Positions 7,523 to 18,790 of a DNA stretch of 32,000 nucleotides are shown here, one piece after another. Position 1 is the first letter of the stretch; each line of letters begins with the position of its first letter. The stretch is from Endozoicomonas sp. Mp262. GTDB lineage: Bacteria; Pseudomonadota; Gammaproteobacteria; Pseudomonadales; Endozoicomonadaceae. A program made the position numbers and the translations under genes. The stretch is taken from the NCBI RefSeq assembly GCF_025643335.1, contig NZ_CP092489.1, positions 4,934,581-4,966,580 on the forward strand. The letters run 5' to 3'. Under the pieces are notes generated by a model. The model was given only the letters and a program-made list of their open reading frames with translations, was not told the DNA's origin and did no database searches.

Positions 7523-9673
7523 CTATTGCCCGGAACTCGGATAGAAAGGTAGCTCTCTCAGTAGAAACTCGTCTGGTTCCAGGCGAAGCTCATCCGATCC
7601 GGTAACGTCCTCCTCTGTCGTGTTTAATGGAACACTTGAGGATGGCGTTACTGGTATAGCACTTATTCCGTCATCAGGATCATCAAACCCCGCTGTTTCT
7701 CCGGTTACGTCAAAGAGTGAGTCGTACTCCGTTGCATCAAAAACAAGTACTTGTACACTGCTAAGGGTGGGATTCGCATCCGTAATGGTAATCCGAACGA
7801 CTTGCGTGCAATCTTCACTCAGCTGGTAGTCGGTCGTGACATGGGAGGGGTGAGGATCATTGTCAGAATCCCTTTGATGTATCATGTTAGTCTGTTGGTC
7901 AAAGACAAAAACTTGATATGCGCCAATTATGTTGCTACTTGTGCTGGAAAGCGAATCAAAAACAGCAATCTGTTCAGGAGCCACCATAGCACCTTGACTG
8001 GATTGGTCATTGACCAATTCATTAAAGTAGCGAGCCATCGTCTCACCAAAAAAAAATAAGTATCGAATCTGTTCCGGACTTGTATCATGATTGCTTGCCA
8101 AAGCTTGAAGTATTGTCTGTAAAGCAGAACCACGATTAGGGATTGAGGGCGGTTTTTTGCAGTCCATTTCACAATCTGAGTGTTCTTCATGAGGTTCTAC
8201 GCAGGCTGGGCCTTCATAAACAGAGTGTTTATGTGACGCAGTATGAAAATCGCAGCACATAGAACCACCATTACTATTGCCATGAGCACTACCACATACT
8301 AGCAACTCCCTGTCACCATTACTGTTCACATTGACTTCCCTATCAGCGGGGATAGAATGATAAATGAATGGGCGTCTCCAACGATAACCCGCATTATATT
8401 TTTTATAAAATTCACTCTTGTAATCTTTCGTTCTCTCCTCACGATGCTTTTCATTAAGATAAATTCTGTATTCTACATAGTCGGTTCCCCTATATTCTTC
8501 GTAGTTTTTATTTTCATCACTGAAGGTGTGATGAACTAAAGAGCACTCTGTTTTATTTCGACCTATAAGTCGGCGAATGAACATATACGGAAAATGTGAC
8601 TGTGGAAGGTCATCATCTATAAGATGCTCATTGTGGATAGGTTGAAGAGGGATATCGCGATTAGTCACGCGACCTTCCTCATCCACAACATGCATTCTAA
8701 AGTAGAAAGTAGCATTACTTAAATCACAAAATCGAGTTTGATCAGGAAATATATAACAATCATATTTACTTGGGATTTGCACAGCTATTTTTAGCAAGTT
8801 ATCTAATGCTTGACGTATGGAATTGTTTACTGCATCAAACGAAACTTGATTTGTTACTTCCATCCATGGATGTTTACTACAAAACCTAAGATAGGCTCCG
8901 CTTTCTGTATCTCGGCGTCTATCTCTATTAAAGAATGTTTTCTCTCTCATCCTCCTCAGTCTCTCAAAGGAATATTTTTTCATTAATAGGTATGTCTTTA
9001 TATTACGCCTTATCCTATTATACTTTTCGCGAGTTTCACCGATATATACATGTCTGGTTCTCGAGATAATCTCATCGACACTTCCATGGATGCCTCTATC
9101 TATATTTGCATTTGTAGTAGCAATTATATCTAATGCCACATCATACAGTTGTTGAAATAACTCGACTATATTGTTGTTATCTGAATCAATATTTTCTTCT
9201 ATATAATCGTATGAGTCAGCACTGTTATCTGATCGCTCTTGTCGTTGAAAAGGAATTTCATATGCTGGAAAAAAACACAACAGCATCTCTTCAAATATCA
9301 TGATTAAGTCTAAGTATTTCCAATATGTCGACTGATGTTGTTCAACCGTTTTGAGGCTAATTAATGATTCAATGTCATCAATGGTTCTATAACCACTGGG
9401 AGATGTTTGAAGGGAATGTTTCATGATATTTTCATAAAACTGAAATACAACTGTATCTTCTTGAATTATATACCTTCTAAGAGTGGCTATTTCATGGCCA
9501 TTAAAAATCACCTTATACTTATCTTTAAAGGATAATGACTGTGTTTGTGGTGCAAATGCTATCAGAATTAGTGTAAAACTGATAGCTTTTAGAAAATTAT
9601 TGGTTAATAACTTTGAATATGAATAAATCATTGTTTGACTACTACTTGTTGACAAATTTTTCCGGACATGCAT
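7523..9673 (-). CDS. Large orphan protein with an N-terminal hydrophobic signal or anchor; function unknown (candidate secreted effector)
   Basis: 716-aa uninterrupted ORF in an AT-rich islet. The N-terminus is ...NNFLKAISFTLILIAFAPQTQSLS. It contains a basic patch (RLRRMREKTFFNRDRRRD), a Cys/His-dense block (CGSAHGNSNGGSMCCDFHTASHKHSVYEGPACVEPHEEHSDCEMDCKK) and an acidic C-terminal region ending ...LPFYPSSGQ. I recognise no family. The start is uncertain (9673 or 9631) because neither has a clear Shine-Dalgarno sequence. Confidence 0.7.
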   Translation of the reverse strand: MHVRKNLSTSSSQTMIYSYSKLLTNNFLKAISFTLILIAFAPQTQSLSFKDKYKVIFNGHEIATLRRYIIQEDTVVFQFYENIMKHSLQTSPSGYRTIDDIESLISLKTVEQHQSTYWKYLDLIMIFEEMLLCFFPAYEIPFQRQERSDNSADSYDYIEENIDSDNNNIVELFQQLYDVALDIIATTNANIDRGIHGSVDEIISRTRHVYIGETREKYNRIRRNIKTYLLMKKYSFERLRRMREKTFFNRDRRRDTESGAYLRFCSKHPWMEVTNQVSFDAVNNSIRQALDNLLKIAVQIPSKYDCYIFPDQTRFCDLSNATFYFRMHVVDEEGRVTNRDIPLQPIHNEHLIDDDLPQSHFPYMFIRRLIGRNKTECSLVHHTFSDENKNYEEYRGTDYVEYRIYLNEKHREERTKDYKSEFYKKYNAGYRWRRPFIYHSIPADREVNVNSNGDRELLVCGSAHGNSNGGSMCCDFHTASHKHSVYEGPACVEPHEEHSDCEMDCKKPPSIPNRGSALQTILQALASNHDTSPEQIRYLFFFGETMARYFNELVNDQSSQGAMVAPEQIAVFDSLSSTSSNIIGAYQVFVFDQQTNMIHQRDSDNDPHPSHVTTDYQLSEDCTQVVRITITDANPTLSSVQVLVFDATEYDSLFDVTGETAGFDDPDDGISAIPVTPSSSVPLNTTEEDVTGSDELRLEPDEFLLRELPFYPSSGQ

Positions 9674-9939
9674 AGACGTTAATTACTACGCGGTTGAATT
9701 TATTAATCAGTTAGCCTGAAAATCAGATATTCTCGTATAATAAGCATCGATTGTCGTAAATATTACTAATAAAGTAGCAAAAATAATGAAACCAACCAGG
9801 AGCACACCAGCAATTAGCAAAGCGACCTGAGTCAAACATAAGAGCTATCCAGCCACTTCAACCAGTCCTGAGTGTTGAATTTTCAGATAAGGCTTCTTCT
9901 TGTGGAACCTTTAGGCTATAAGCCCTGCAAGCAAGTTGA

Positions 9940-10098
9940 CTAGTACCAGTGCGTGAAAGACTTACCCCAGCCTGCTTCGTCCTTAAACACCTTATGGCGA
10001 AGTGCCGAACTTTTTTCATAGCCTTTGGAATGAGCCTGTAAATAATTCAGTGTAAACACCATTTTCTGCTCACAGGCATTTGTTATAGGATCAGCCAT
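9940..10098 (-). CDS. Small hypothetical protein (52 aa)
   Basis: Own translation gives MADPITNACEQKMVFTLNYLQAHSKGYEKSSALRHKVFKDEAGWGKSFTHWY*. It has a weak AAGG Shine-Dalgarno sequence and is divergent from the aminotransferase gene. It is below the ORF-track length cutoff and matches no family I recognise. Confidence 0.3.
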   Translation of the reverse strand: MADPITNACEQKMVFTLNYLQAHSKGYEKSSALRHKVFKDEAGWGKSFTHWY

Positions 10099-10138
10099 AC
10101 CTTATCCAAAATAATTAATAACCCAGGGGAAAAGAGCA

Positions 10139-11290
10139 GTGAACCCGGATTTCGATACCCTAATTGACCGACGTCATACCTCAAGCCTGAAGTGGGATCG
10201 TTATAAAAATAAAGACGTTATCCCTCTTTGGGTGGCAGATATGGACTTTCGCACTGCCCCGGAAATTATTGAATCCTTAGCCCGGCGTATTGATCACGGT
10301 ATTTTTGGTTACACCGTCCCGGATGAAGAACTGAGTCAACTGGTAGTGGAGCGGCTTCATAATCTGTATCAATGGGATATCCAGCCGGAATGGCTGGTGT
10401 GGTTGCCAGGTCTGGTCACGGCATTGAACCTGGCGGTAAGGTCTGTGGCTAAAGAAGGTGAAACAGTTGCCGTTCCCGTGCCTGTCTATTACCCGTTTTT
10501 AATGGCTCCCAAGCTGGGAGGCCGACAATCCATCAGTGTTAACTGGCAAAAAATCAATGGAACATGGCGCCTGGACCTTAATGAACTGGAAAATAAAATC
10601 ACTACAGATACCAAACTACTACTACTTTGCAACCCCCAGAACCCCAACGGCAGGGTGCTGACCCCATCAGAGCTTAAGGCCATAGAGACACTGTGCCACA
10701 AACACAGCCTGGTGGTCTGCTCAGACGAAGTACACTGCGATATTATTCTGGATCAAACCTGTAAACATACGCCTTATGCCTCTATCAGCCAGCATGCCCT
10801 GGACCACTCCATCACCTTAATGTCCCCCTCTAAAACCTTTAACCTGGCAGGCTTTGGTTGTGCTTTTGCGATCATCCCCAACGGTGAGCTTCGACACCGT
10901 TTTCAAAACACGCGAAAAGGTATAGTGCCAGCCCCGGATAATATGCTGATGGGCTTTACCGCCACCAAGGCAGCCTATCGACACGGAGAACCCTGGCGGC
11001 AGTGCATGCTTGAATACCTGAGAAGTAACCATAACTATCTTCTGAAAGCCATTAATGCCATTCCCGGACTCCGTATGAACCCTGTTGAAGCCACTTACCT
11101 GGCCTGGATTGATGCCAGTAAACTACAGCTTGATGATCCTCACCGCTTCTTTGAAGAAGCCGGTGTGGGTCTCTCACCCGGTGCCCAGTTTGGTGATGCC
11201 AACTTTTTAAGGTTAAACTTTGGTTGCAGCAGGGCCTTGCTGGAAACCGCTGTGGAGAGGATAAAAAAAGCGGTGTATAAGATAACTTGA
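10139..11290 (+). CDS. PLP-dependent C-S lyase of the MalY/PatB family (cystathionine beta-lyase-like aminotransferase class I/II)
   Basis: 383 aa with a GTG start. It has the N-terminal DTLIDRRHTSSLKWDRY...LWVADMDF signature of MalY/PatB and the PLP-lysine motif SPSKTFNLAG. Confidence 0.85.
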   Translation: MNPDFDTLIDRRHTSSLKWDRYKNKDVIPLWVADMDFRTAPEIIESLARRIDHGIFGYTVPDEELSQLVVERLHNLYQWDIQPEWLVWLPGLVTALNLAVRSVAKEGETVAVPVPVYYPFLMAPKLGGRQSISVNWQKINGTWRLDLNELENKITTDTKLLLLCNPQNPNGRVLTPSELKAIETLCHKHSLVVCSDEVHCDIILDQTCKHTPYASISQHALDHSITLMSPSKTFNLAGFGCAFAIIPNGELRHRFQNTRKGIVPAPDNMLMGFTATKAAYRHGEPWRQCMLEYLRSNHNYLLKAINAIPGLRMNPVEATYLAWIDASKLQLDDPHRFFEEAGVGLSPGAQFGDANFLRLNFGCSRALLETAVERIKKAVYKIT

Positions 11291-11339
11291 AAATCCCTTG
11301 GGAACCGTTAACCTTCACTGATTTTATGGAACCCCTTCA

Positions 11340-12080
11340 GTGAGCAAACCCACCCTTGCCCAATTCCAGTTCCAACAGGTTGGCGTTATCCACTCCTGTT
11401 ACCGGCAAAAGTTTGGCATCCCCCGGCAGCCCGGCATCGTCACTGCTGCCGAGGCGGAACTTGAACTGTTACCGCCTTATAATCAGGAAAACCTGATTCG
11501 GGGTATAGAAGGTTTTTCCCATATCTGGGTTCATTTTATTTTTCACCAGACCATGAATGAAGGCTGGCGCCCCACCATTCGCCCTCCCCGCCTGGGTGGC
11601 AAACAGCGTATGGGGGTATTCGCCACACGTTCAACCCACAGGCCAAATCCCATAGGCATGTCGGTGGTGGAACTAAAGGGCATTCGCTCAGGCAATGGTA
11701 AAGTCATACTCGAACTGGGTGCCGCTGACCTTCTGGATAGCACACCGGTTATTGATATTAAACCCTACCTGCCTTACGCCGATGCCATTCCAAAGGCAAT
11801 GGGCGGCTTTGCACCCTTACCTGTTACCCTGGCAGAGGTAAAATTCTCGGAGCAGGCCAGGAAAAAGTGTGAAACCTATCAGCAACGAACAGGCCGCCAG
11901 CTGATAACACTGATTGAGCAAATTCTCGGGCAAGACCCTCGACCAGCTTATCTCGGGGAGACCACCCATCGTCGCCACGGCACAGCACTCTGGGATATTA
12001 ATGTGGTCTGGGAATCCCGGGGGGATTATTTTCTTGTAACAGACCTTGAATACAACAAAGACATAAAGGAACCGGAGTGA
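11340..12080 (+). CDS. trmO: tRNA (t6A37-N6)-methyltransferase TrmO (TsaA/YaeB family)
   Basis: 246 aa with a GTG start. Motifs are VGVIHSCYRQKFGIPRQPG, GFSHIWVHFIFH, RPPRLGG..MGVFATRSTHRPNPIGMSVV and TPVIDIKPYLPYAD, typical of YaeB/TsaA. Confidence 0.85.
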   Translation: MSKPTLAQFQFQQVGVIHSCYRQKFGIPRQPGIVTAAEAELELLPPYNQENLIRGIEGFSHIWVHFIFHQTMNEGWRPTIRPPRLGGKQRMGVFATRSTHRPNPIGMSVVELKGIRSGNGKVILELGAADLLDSTPVIDIKPYLPYADAIPKAMGGFAPLPVTLAEVKFSEQARKKCETYQQRTGRQLITLIEQILGQDPRPAYLGETTHRRHGTALWDINVVWESRGDYFLVTDLEYNKDIKEPE

Positions 12081-12298
12081 TCATTCCCTACCAGATGCTT
12101 GAAAAAGAAACATTAAATAGCCTGATCGAAGAGTACGTTAGCCGCGATGGCACAGATAATGGCTTTGACCAGGATCTGACCAGCCGTGTTGCCATGGTGA
12201 TGAAGCAACTGGCAACAGAAGAGGCGGTTATTGTTTTTGACAGTGAAAGTCAGACAGCCAATATTGTGTGTAAAAAAGACCTTGGCTCAAAACTGTAA
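12077..12298 (+). CDS. yheU: YheU family protein (UPF0270)
   Basis: 73 aa, IIPYQMLEKETLNSLIEEYVSRDGTDNGFDQDL...EAVIVFDSESQTANIV parallels E. coli YheU ([28 protein letters not shown]...). The GTG start overlaps the trmO stop (GTGA). Confidence 0.8.
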   Translation: MIIPYQMLEKETLNSLIEEYVSRDGTDNGFDQDLTSRVAMVMKQLATEEAVIVFDSESQTANIVCKKDLGSKL

Positions 12299-12316
12299 GA
12301 AGCAAATAAATCTATC

Positions 12317-12346
12317 GCCTCACTCTCAGAAGCCTGGGAGTGAGGC
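12317..12346. terminator. Hairpin between convergent genes (putative bidirectional terminator)
   Basis: gcctcactc-tcagaagcctgg-gagtgaggc, a 9-bp perfect stem. On the minus strand a T-rich stretch (gatagatttatttg) follows it. Confidence 0.5.
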
Positions 12347-12356
12347 TAGATTATGC

Positions 12357-13589
12357 TCACCGCCTCCCACGCCTTTTTCTATTTTTTGATGAACTTGATC
12401 TAGAACTGGATTTAACTTGAGAAACACTAGATGTATGAATAAATTTTCTTCTTTTATCACCACTGAGACCCATTATCGGTTCTTGATCTCCCTCTGGTTC
12501 TCTTTTTCGCTTATTTCCTGCGGGGGTTCCAAACATGTTCGGTTGATCTAATTTAGCTCTATAACTGACATCCGATCCAGAACTCGGATACAATAACCCT
12601 AGTAAAATATCATCCCCCATATTACTCACCTCTTCCAAAGTGCTGATAATGTTATCTTTTACCCATATGTATTCTTGCTCTAGCTTAGCATTTGCTAGCT
12701 GATAACATGTATCGATATCACTCAAGTAATAATTTACATTACCTGTTTTATCAACAGTCATATATTGTCTCAGATGACCAACAATAGGAATCATTTCTTC
12801 CGTTGGATAAAAATCTGCCATTACTTTTTCATTTCTGCACTTTCTATCAACTTCACATACACATAAGTTTTGTCGTACATTTATACCATCAACCACCTCT
12901 GGAACAATCTTTGCCAAATCAAAGTACTCAAATAAACTGCCACTCTCTATCCAATTCTCATTGTCACTTTCATTTCCATCTCGCTCTTTTTCCCATTGAA
13001 TCTCTCTAACCCAGTATGGCTGGTCATTGCCATCCTTCAACACCTTCAATTTCTGTAAAAAATATTGTTTCGCCAAATAACGAACATCTTTTATTTGCTC
13101 TAAAAAAAACCTCATAAACCGTATAAAAAAAGGAGACCACGGGTTCACAACCATTGAACTGGAAATATTATAAAATTCATCGTCCTTCACCAGATAGCGT
13201 TGAAAATCATGGGCAAATGGATAAAACTCACCATTTGGCACGTTATTTTCCATGTCGGAGTTATGTGCATCATTATTCTGAGAAACAGTCACCCCAAAAT
13301 TTATTTCCTTAAATTGAAAAAGTGCCACTACTTTTTCTAGCTGTGGATCATCTGGATTTATATTTTTTCTCTTCGCCACAGGAAAGTACTTAAAAGTCAC
13401 TTCTTCATCAGGAAAGAGTTCAGCATAAGCCTCAACCCTATAATAACAAAAAGGCAAATTCGCACTACGCATGTCCTTTACTTCAAGTTCAGTTTCAGCA
13501 TCATCAGATAGAGCTAATTTTCCAGCGTTCCCTGAATGAACCCATAGTGCAAAAAAGCATGAGAAAAAAATAACAAATATTTTGCTCAT
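12357..13589 (-). CDS. Orphan signal-peptide protein with a basic NLS-like, Ser/Arg-rich C-terminal tail (candidate nucleus-targeted effector)
   Basis: I prefer the start at 13589 (MSKIFVIFFSCFFALWVHSGNAGK), which is preceded by GGGGAGAG. That gives 410 aa. The tail is GNKRKREPEGDQEPIMGLSGDKRRKFIHTSSVSQVKSSSRSSSSKNRKRRGRR. The gene is AT-rich and matches no family I recognise. Confidence 0.75.
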   Translation of the reverse strand: MSKIFVIFFSCFFALWVHSGNAGKLALSDDAETELEVKDMRSANLPFCYYRVEAYAELFPDEEVTFKYFPVAKRKNINPDDPQLEKVVALFQFKEINFGVTVSQNNDAHNSDMENNVPNGEFYPFAHDFQRYLVKDDEFYNISSSMVVNPWSPFFIRFMRFFLEQIKDVRYLAKQYFLQKLKVLKDGNDQPYWVREIQWEKERDGNESDNENWIESGSLFEYFDLAKIVPEVVDGINVRQNLCVCEVDRKCRNEKVMADFYPTEEMIPIVGHLRQYMTVDKTGNVNYYLSDIDTCYQLANAKLEQEYIWVKDNIISTLEEVSNMGDDILLGLLYPSSGSDVSYRAKLDQPNMFGTPAGNKRKREPEGDQEPIMGLSGDKRRKFIHTSSVSQVKSSSRSSSSKNRKRRGRR

Positions 13590-13956
13590 TAAGACTCTCC
13601 CCAAAAGGAAGACTTGGTAAATTACTGCCACCCATCAAAATAAACAGAAAGGTAACCGTGAAACAAACATCTATATCGATGTTAAACTGCACTTAGCCAG
13701 AAACCATAGTTTAATGAACTCATTAAAAACACGTTTAGTATTTAACATACTCAATCAACAAGCTAAAAATACCTTATTTTCAAACTGCTTATAGCTTAGA
13801 AACTAACTACCAGTATAATAGTTATTTTTTCAGTAACATGGATAAAAAAAAACAAAATATTCGAAAAAAATACAGCCAAATAAAACTTCCATACTCCATA
13901 AACAATATCAAATAGAGTAAAATTGCCATCTATCAATTTACCCATTAAGACCTCAA

Positions 13957-15312
13957 ATGCTTAACTATTACAACAATGAAAAGCCGCTCAAATCTGGTAA
14001 AAAAGGCCTTACTACCAGTATTCTTTTGGCTTTGGCTCTAACAATAACACCTGTTACAGCTTCTACCGGGGTTTCTCTGGATGACAACCCCAATATCTGG
14101 GGACTGGGCCTAAACGTCCGCTACGCCCATGTTCCCTTCAATACCTACAGTGATACCAGCAGCAACCTGGTTCCAGAACTCTACTACAACGGAGACATAT
14201 TCTTTCTTGAAGGCAGTGCGGGCGGTTTTAAGCTACTACGAAGAGACCGGTGGTCATTGGATTTCCTGGGGCGCATGCGCTTTGGCGATCTGCCTGCAAA
14301 AGTTGGCCAGGAATATCGAATGGATACCACTGACTGGGGAGCACGTCTGCGTTATCAGGTAAATAACAGTCAACGCTGGTATGCAACAGCCATGTCTGAT
14401 CTGCACCATGCCACTTATCTGGATATAGGCCATGAGTGGCAATTTGAAAGCCCGAGGTTCAAAACCGAGCCTTATATCCAGCTCCGCATCAAAGATGCTG
14501 GATACAATAGCTACTACTATGGTGGAACCCATCTTAGTGGCCACCGGCTGGGAGGAGGGATTGAAGCCTCTATCGGGATTGACACCCGATATCATCTAAC
14601 CAGGGGCATCTATCTGGTTGCAGGACTGGAATACACTCAACTGGATAGCCAGGCACGTAAAAGCCAGTTTCTTAGCAGTAATTATAAAGCAGCAGCCAAT
14701 GCAGGCATAATGATAATGGGGGACCGGACACCAGTGACCGGTAATGGCATCATGCCTGATGGTAGCTATCTCCGGATTGCCCATGGCTGGGCAACACCTT
14801 CCGACATGGGAGAAATTCTTAGTGGAAAAAATGACTCAGAGGGGTTTGATGATACTCTCAGCTCCGTTTTTTACGGCCACCCCCTGATGAAAAACACCTT
14901 TGACCTGCCATTGGATTTATATATGCATTCTGGCCTAGTCTGGCATCATCAATCTGATACCCAAAAACGGGGAATCGAAGGGGTGATATCCATGAAGGCT
15001 TATTATACCCTTAACTGGCCGACCCAGTGGCGTATTGGCCTGGCAGAGGGGTTATCCTATGTATCCAGGGCAACCCACGTTGAAAAAGCCGAGCTGGAGC
15101 GAAAAGAAAGCAGTGAAAACCGATTGATGAATTATCTTGATATCAGCTTTGATTTTAACATTGGTCAACTGATCGGCAACCGTGGTCTGGATAAAATCTG
15201 GCTGGGGTACAGTATGCACCACCGCTCATCTATATTTGAGCGCTCCTCCCAGTTTGGCCGGATCAAGGGTGGCAGTAATTATAATACGGTGTATCTACAG
15301 TTTGATTTTTAG
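13957..15312 (+). CDS. Outer-membrane beta-barrel protein with a MipA/OmpV-like N-terminal half and a possible PagL-like C-terminal half
   Basis: 451 aa. It has a signal peptide (LTTSILLALALTITPVTAS) and MipA-like alternating strands (IWGLGLNVRYAHVPFNTYSDTSSNLVPELYYNGDIFFLEGSAGGFKLL...). The C-terminal strand ends ...YNTVYLQFDF, with the terminal Phe typical of outer-membrane proteins. The second half carries SMHHRSSIF, reminiscent of the H-x-S of lipid A deacylases (weak). Confidence 0.65.
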   Translation: MLNYYNNEKPLKSGKKGLTTSILLALALTITPVTASTGVSLDDNPNIWGLGLNVRYAHVPFNTYSDTSSNLVPELYYNGDIFFLEGSAGGFKLLRRDRWSLDFLGRMRFGDLPAKVGQEYRMDTTDWGARLRYQVNNSQRWYATAMSDLHHATYLDIGHEWQFESPRFKTEPYIQLRIKDAGYNSYYYGGTHLSGHRLGGGIEASIGIDTRYHLTRGIYLVAGLEYTQLDSQARKSQFLSSNYKAAANAGIMIMGDRTPVTGNGIMPDGSYLRIAHGWATPSDMGEILSGKNDSEGFDDTLSSVFYGHPLMKNTFDLPLDLYMHSGLVWHHQSDTQKRGIEGVISMKAYYTLNWPTQWRIGLAEGLSYVSRATHVEKAELERKESSENRLMNYLDISFDFNIGQLIGNRGLDKIWLGYSMHHRSSIFERSSQFGRIKGGSNYNTVYLQFDF

Positions 15313-15325
15313 GTCGGATAAATCG

Positions 15326-15955
15326 CTATAAATGGCACTTGCCGAGCTGTACCTGATACTTAGCAGCTTGGCTTTGTATTTTTTTTGCTGTCTTCTGCAA
15401 CCACTTTTTAGACTTCCAATGTTGTTTTCTAAACCCTCTCCAACCTTCATGGTAATTAAGATAAAGCTGGTCAGCTTGTTGCAGTGATACCTTATTGATC
15501 CGATGGCTTTTATGGTTATACCAGCCAATAAAGTCTATGGCATCCCCAAAGTTTTTCCGACTGGAAAACCAGCCCCCCGCCTCCTTTAAATACTCTCCCC
15601 ACACAGCATCCTGCGCCTGGGCATAGCCATAGGCAGAAGATTTTCTGGGTAAAGGTATTATCCAGAACCAACGGCGCGGGGGGCGGACATCCTGCCTGAA
15701 GCATGACTCCTGATACATGATAGCCATCATGACAGGTACTGATGTTCCCCAGCGAGCCTCAGATTTTTTTGCCTGGCGATACCAGCCAGGCTTTTCCTTA
15801 AACACACTGCACAGGTCTTGAGGCCTGGTAGGCGGCTGGCTGTTATCACAATCAGCCAGCATTAACACAAGGACACTTAATAAGAGTCCCTTATATAGCC
15901 ATGTTATCCAATAATTTAACACCACTGAGCGCTGACATCCGACGACGGTAAGCAT
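15326..15955 (-). CDS. SLT-domain-like (lytic transglycosylase-like) lipoprotein, paralogue 1
   Basis: 209 aa with a lipobox-like LMLADC. Motifs are MAIMYQESCF (catalytic Glu-Ser-like), SSAYGYAQAQ and YLNYHEGWRG. It shows high identity with the adjacent gene. Confidence 0.7.
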   Translation of the reverse strand: MLTVVGCQRSVVLNYWITWLYKGLLLSVLVLMLADCDNSQPPTRPQDLCSVFKEKPGWYRQAKKSEARWGTSVPVMMAIMYQESCFRQDVRPPRRWFWIIPLPRKSSAYGYAQAQDAVWGEYLKEAGGWFSSRKNFGDAIDFIGWYNHKSHRINKVSLQQADQLYLNYHEGWRGFRKQHWKSKKWLQKTAKKIQSQAAKYQVQLGKCHL

Positions 15956-16021
15956 CTACACCAGAAGGATAGCTCACCCCGGCCCGCAGACAGTACCCGC
16001 AAGCAGACAAACAGATAAATG

Positions 16022-18699
<2,678 letters not shown>

Positions 18700-18731
18700 C
18701 TATGAACAGAAACTGCCGCTTGCCTGAATAG

Positions 18732-18755
18732 AAAAAAGGGCAGCGATTGCCACCC
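18732..18755 (-). terminator. Rho-independent terminator or attenuator after zipA
   Basis: The minus-strand RNA GGGUGGC-AAUC-GCUGCCC is followed by U6 (plus strand aaaaaagggcagcgattgccaccc). It lies 36 nt after the zipA stop. Confidence 0.6.
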
Positions 18756-18790
18756 TTATATAGCAGTCTCATTCCAGTGGCATGGAAAGG

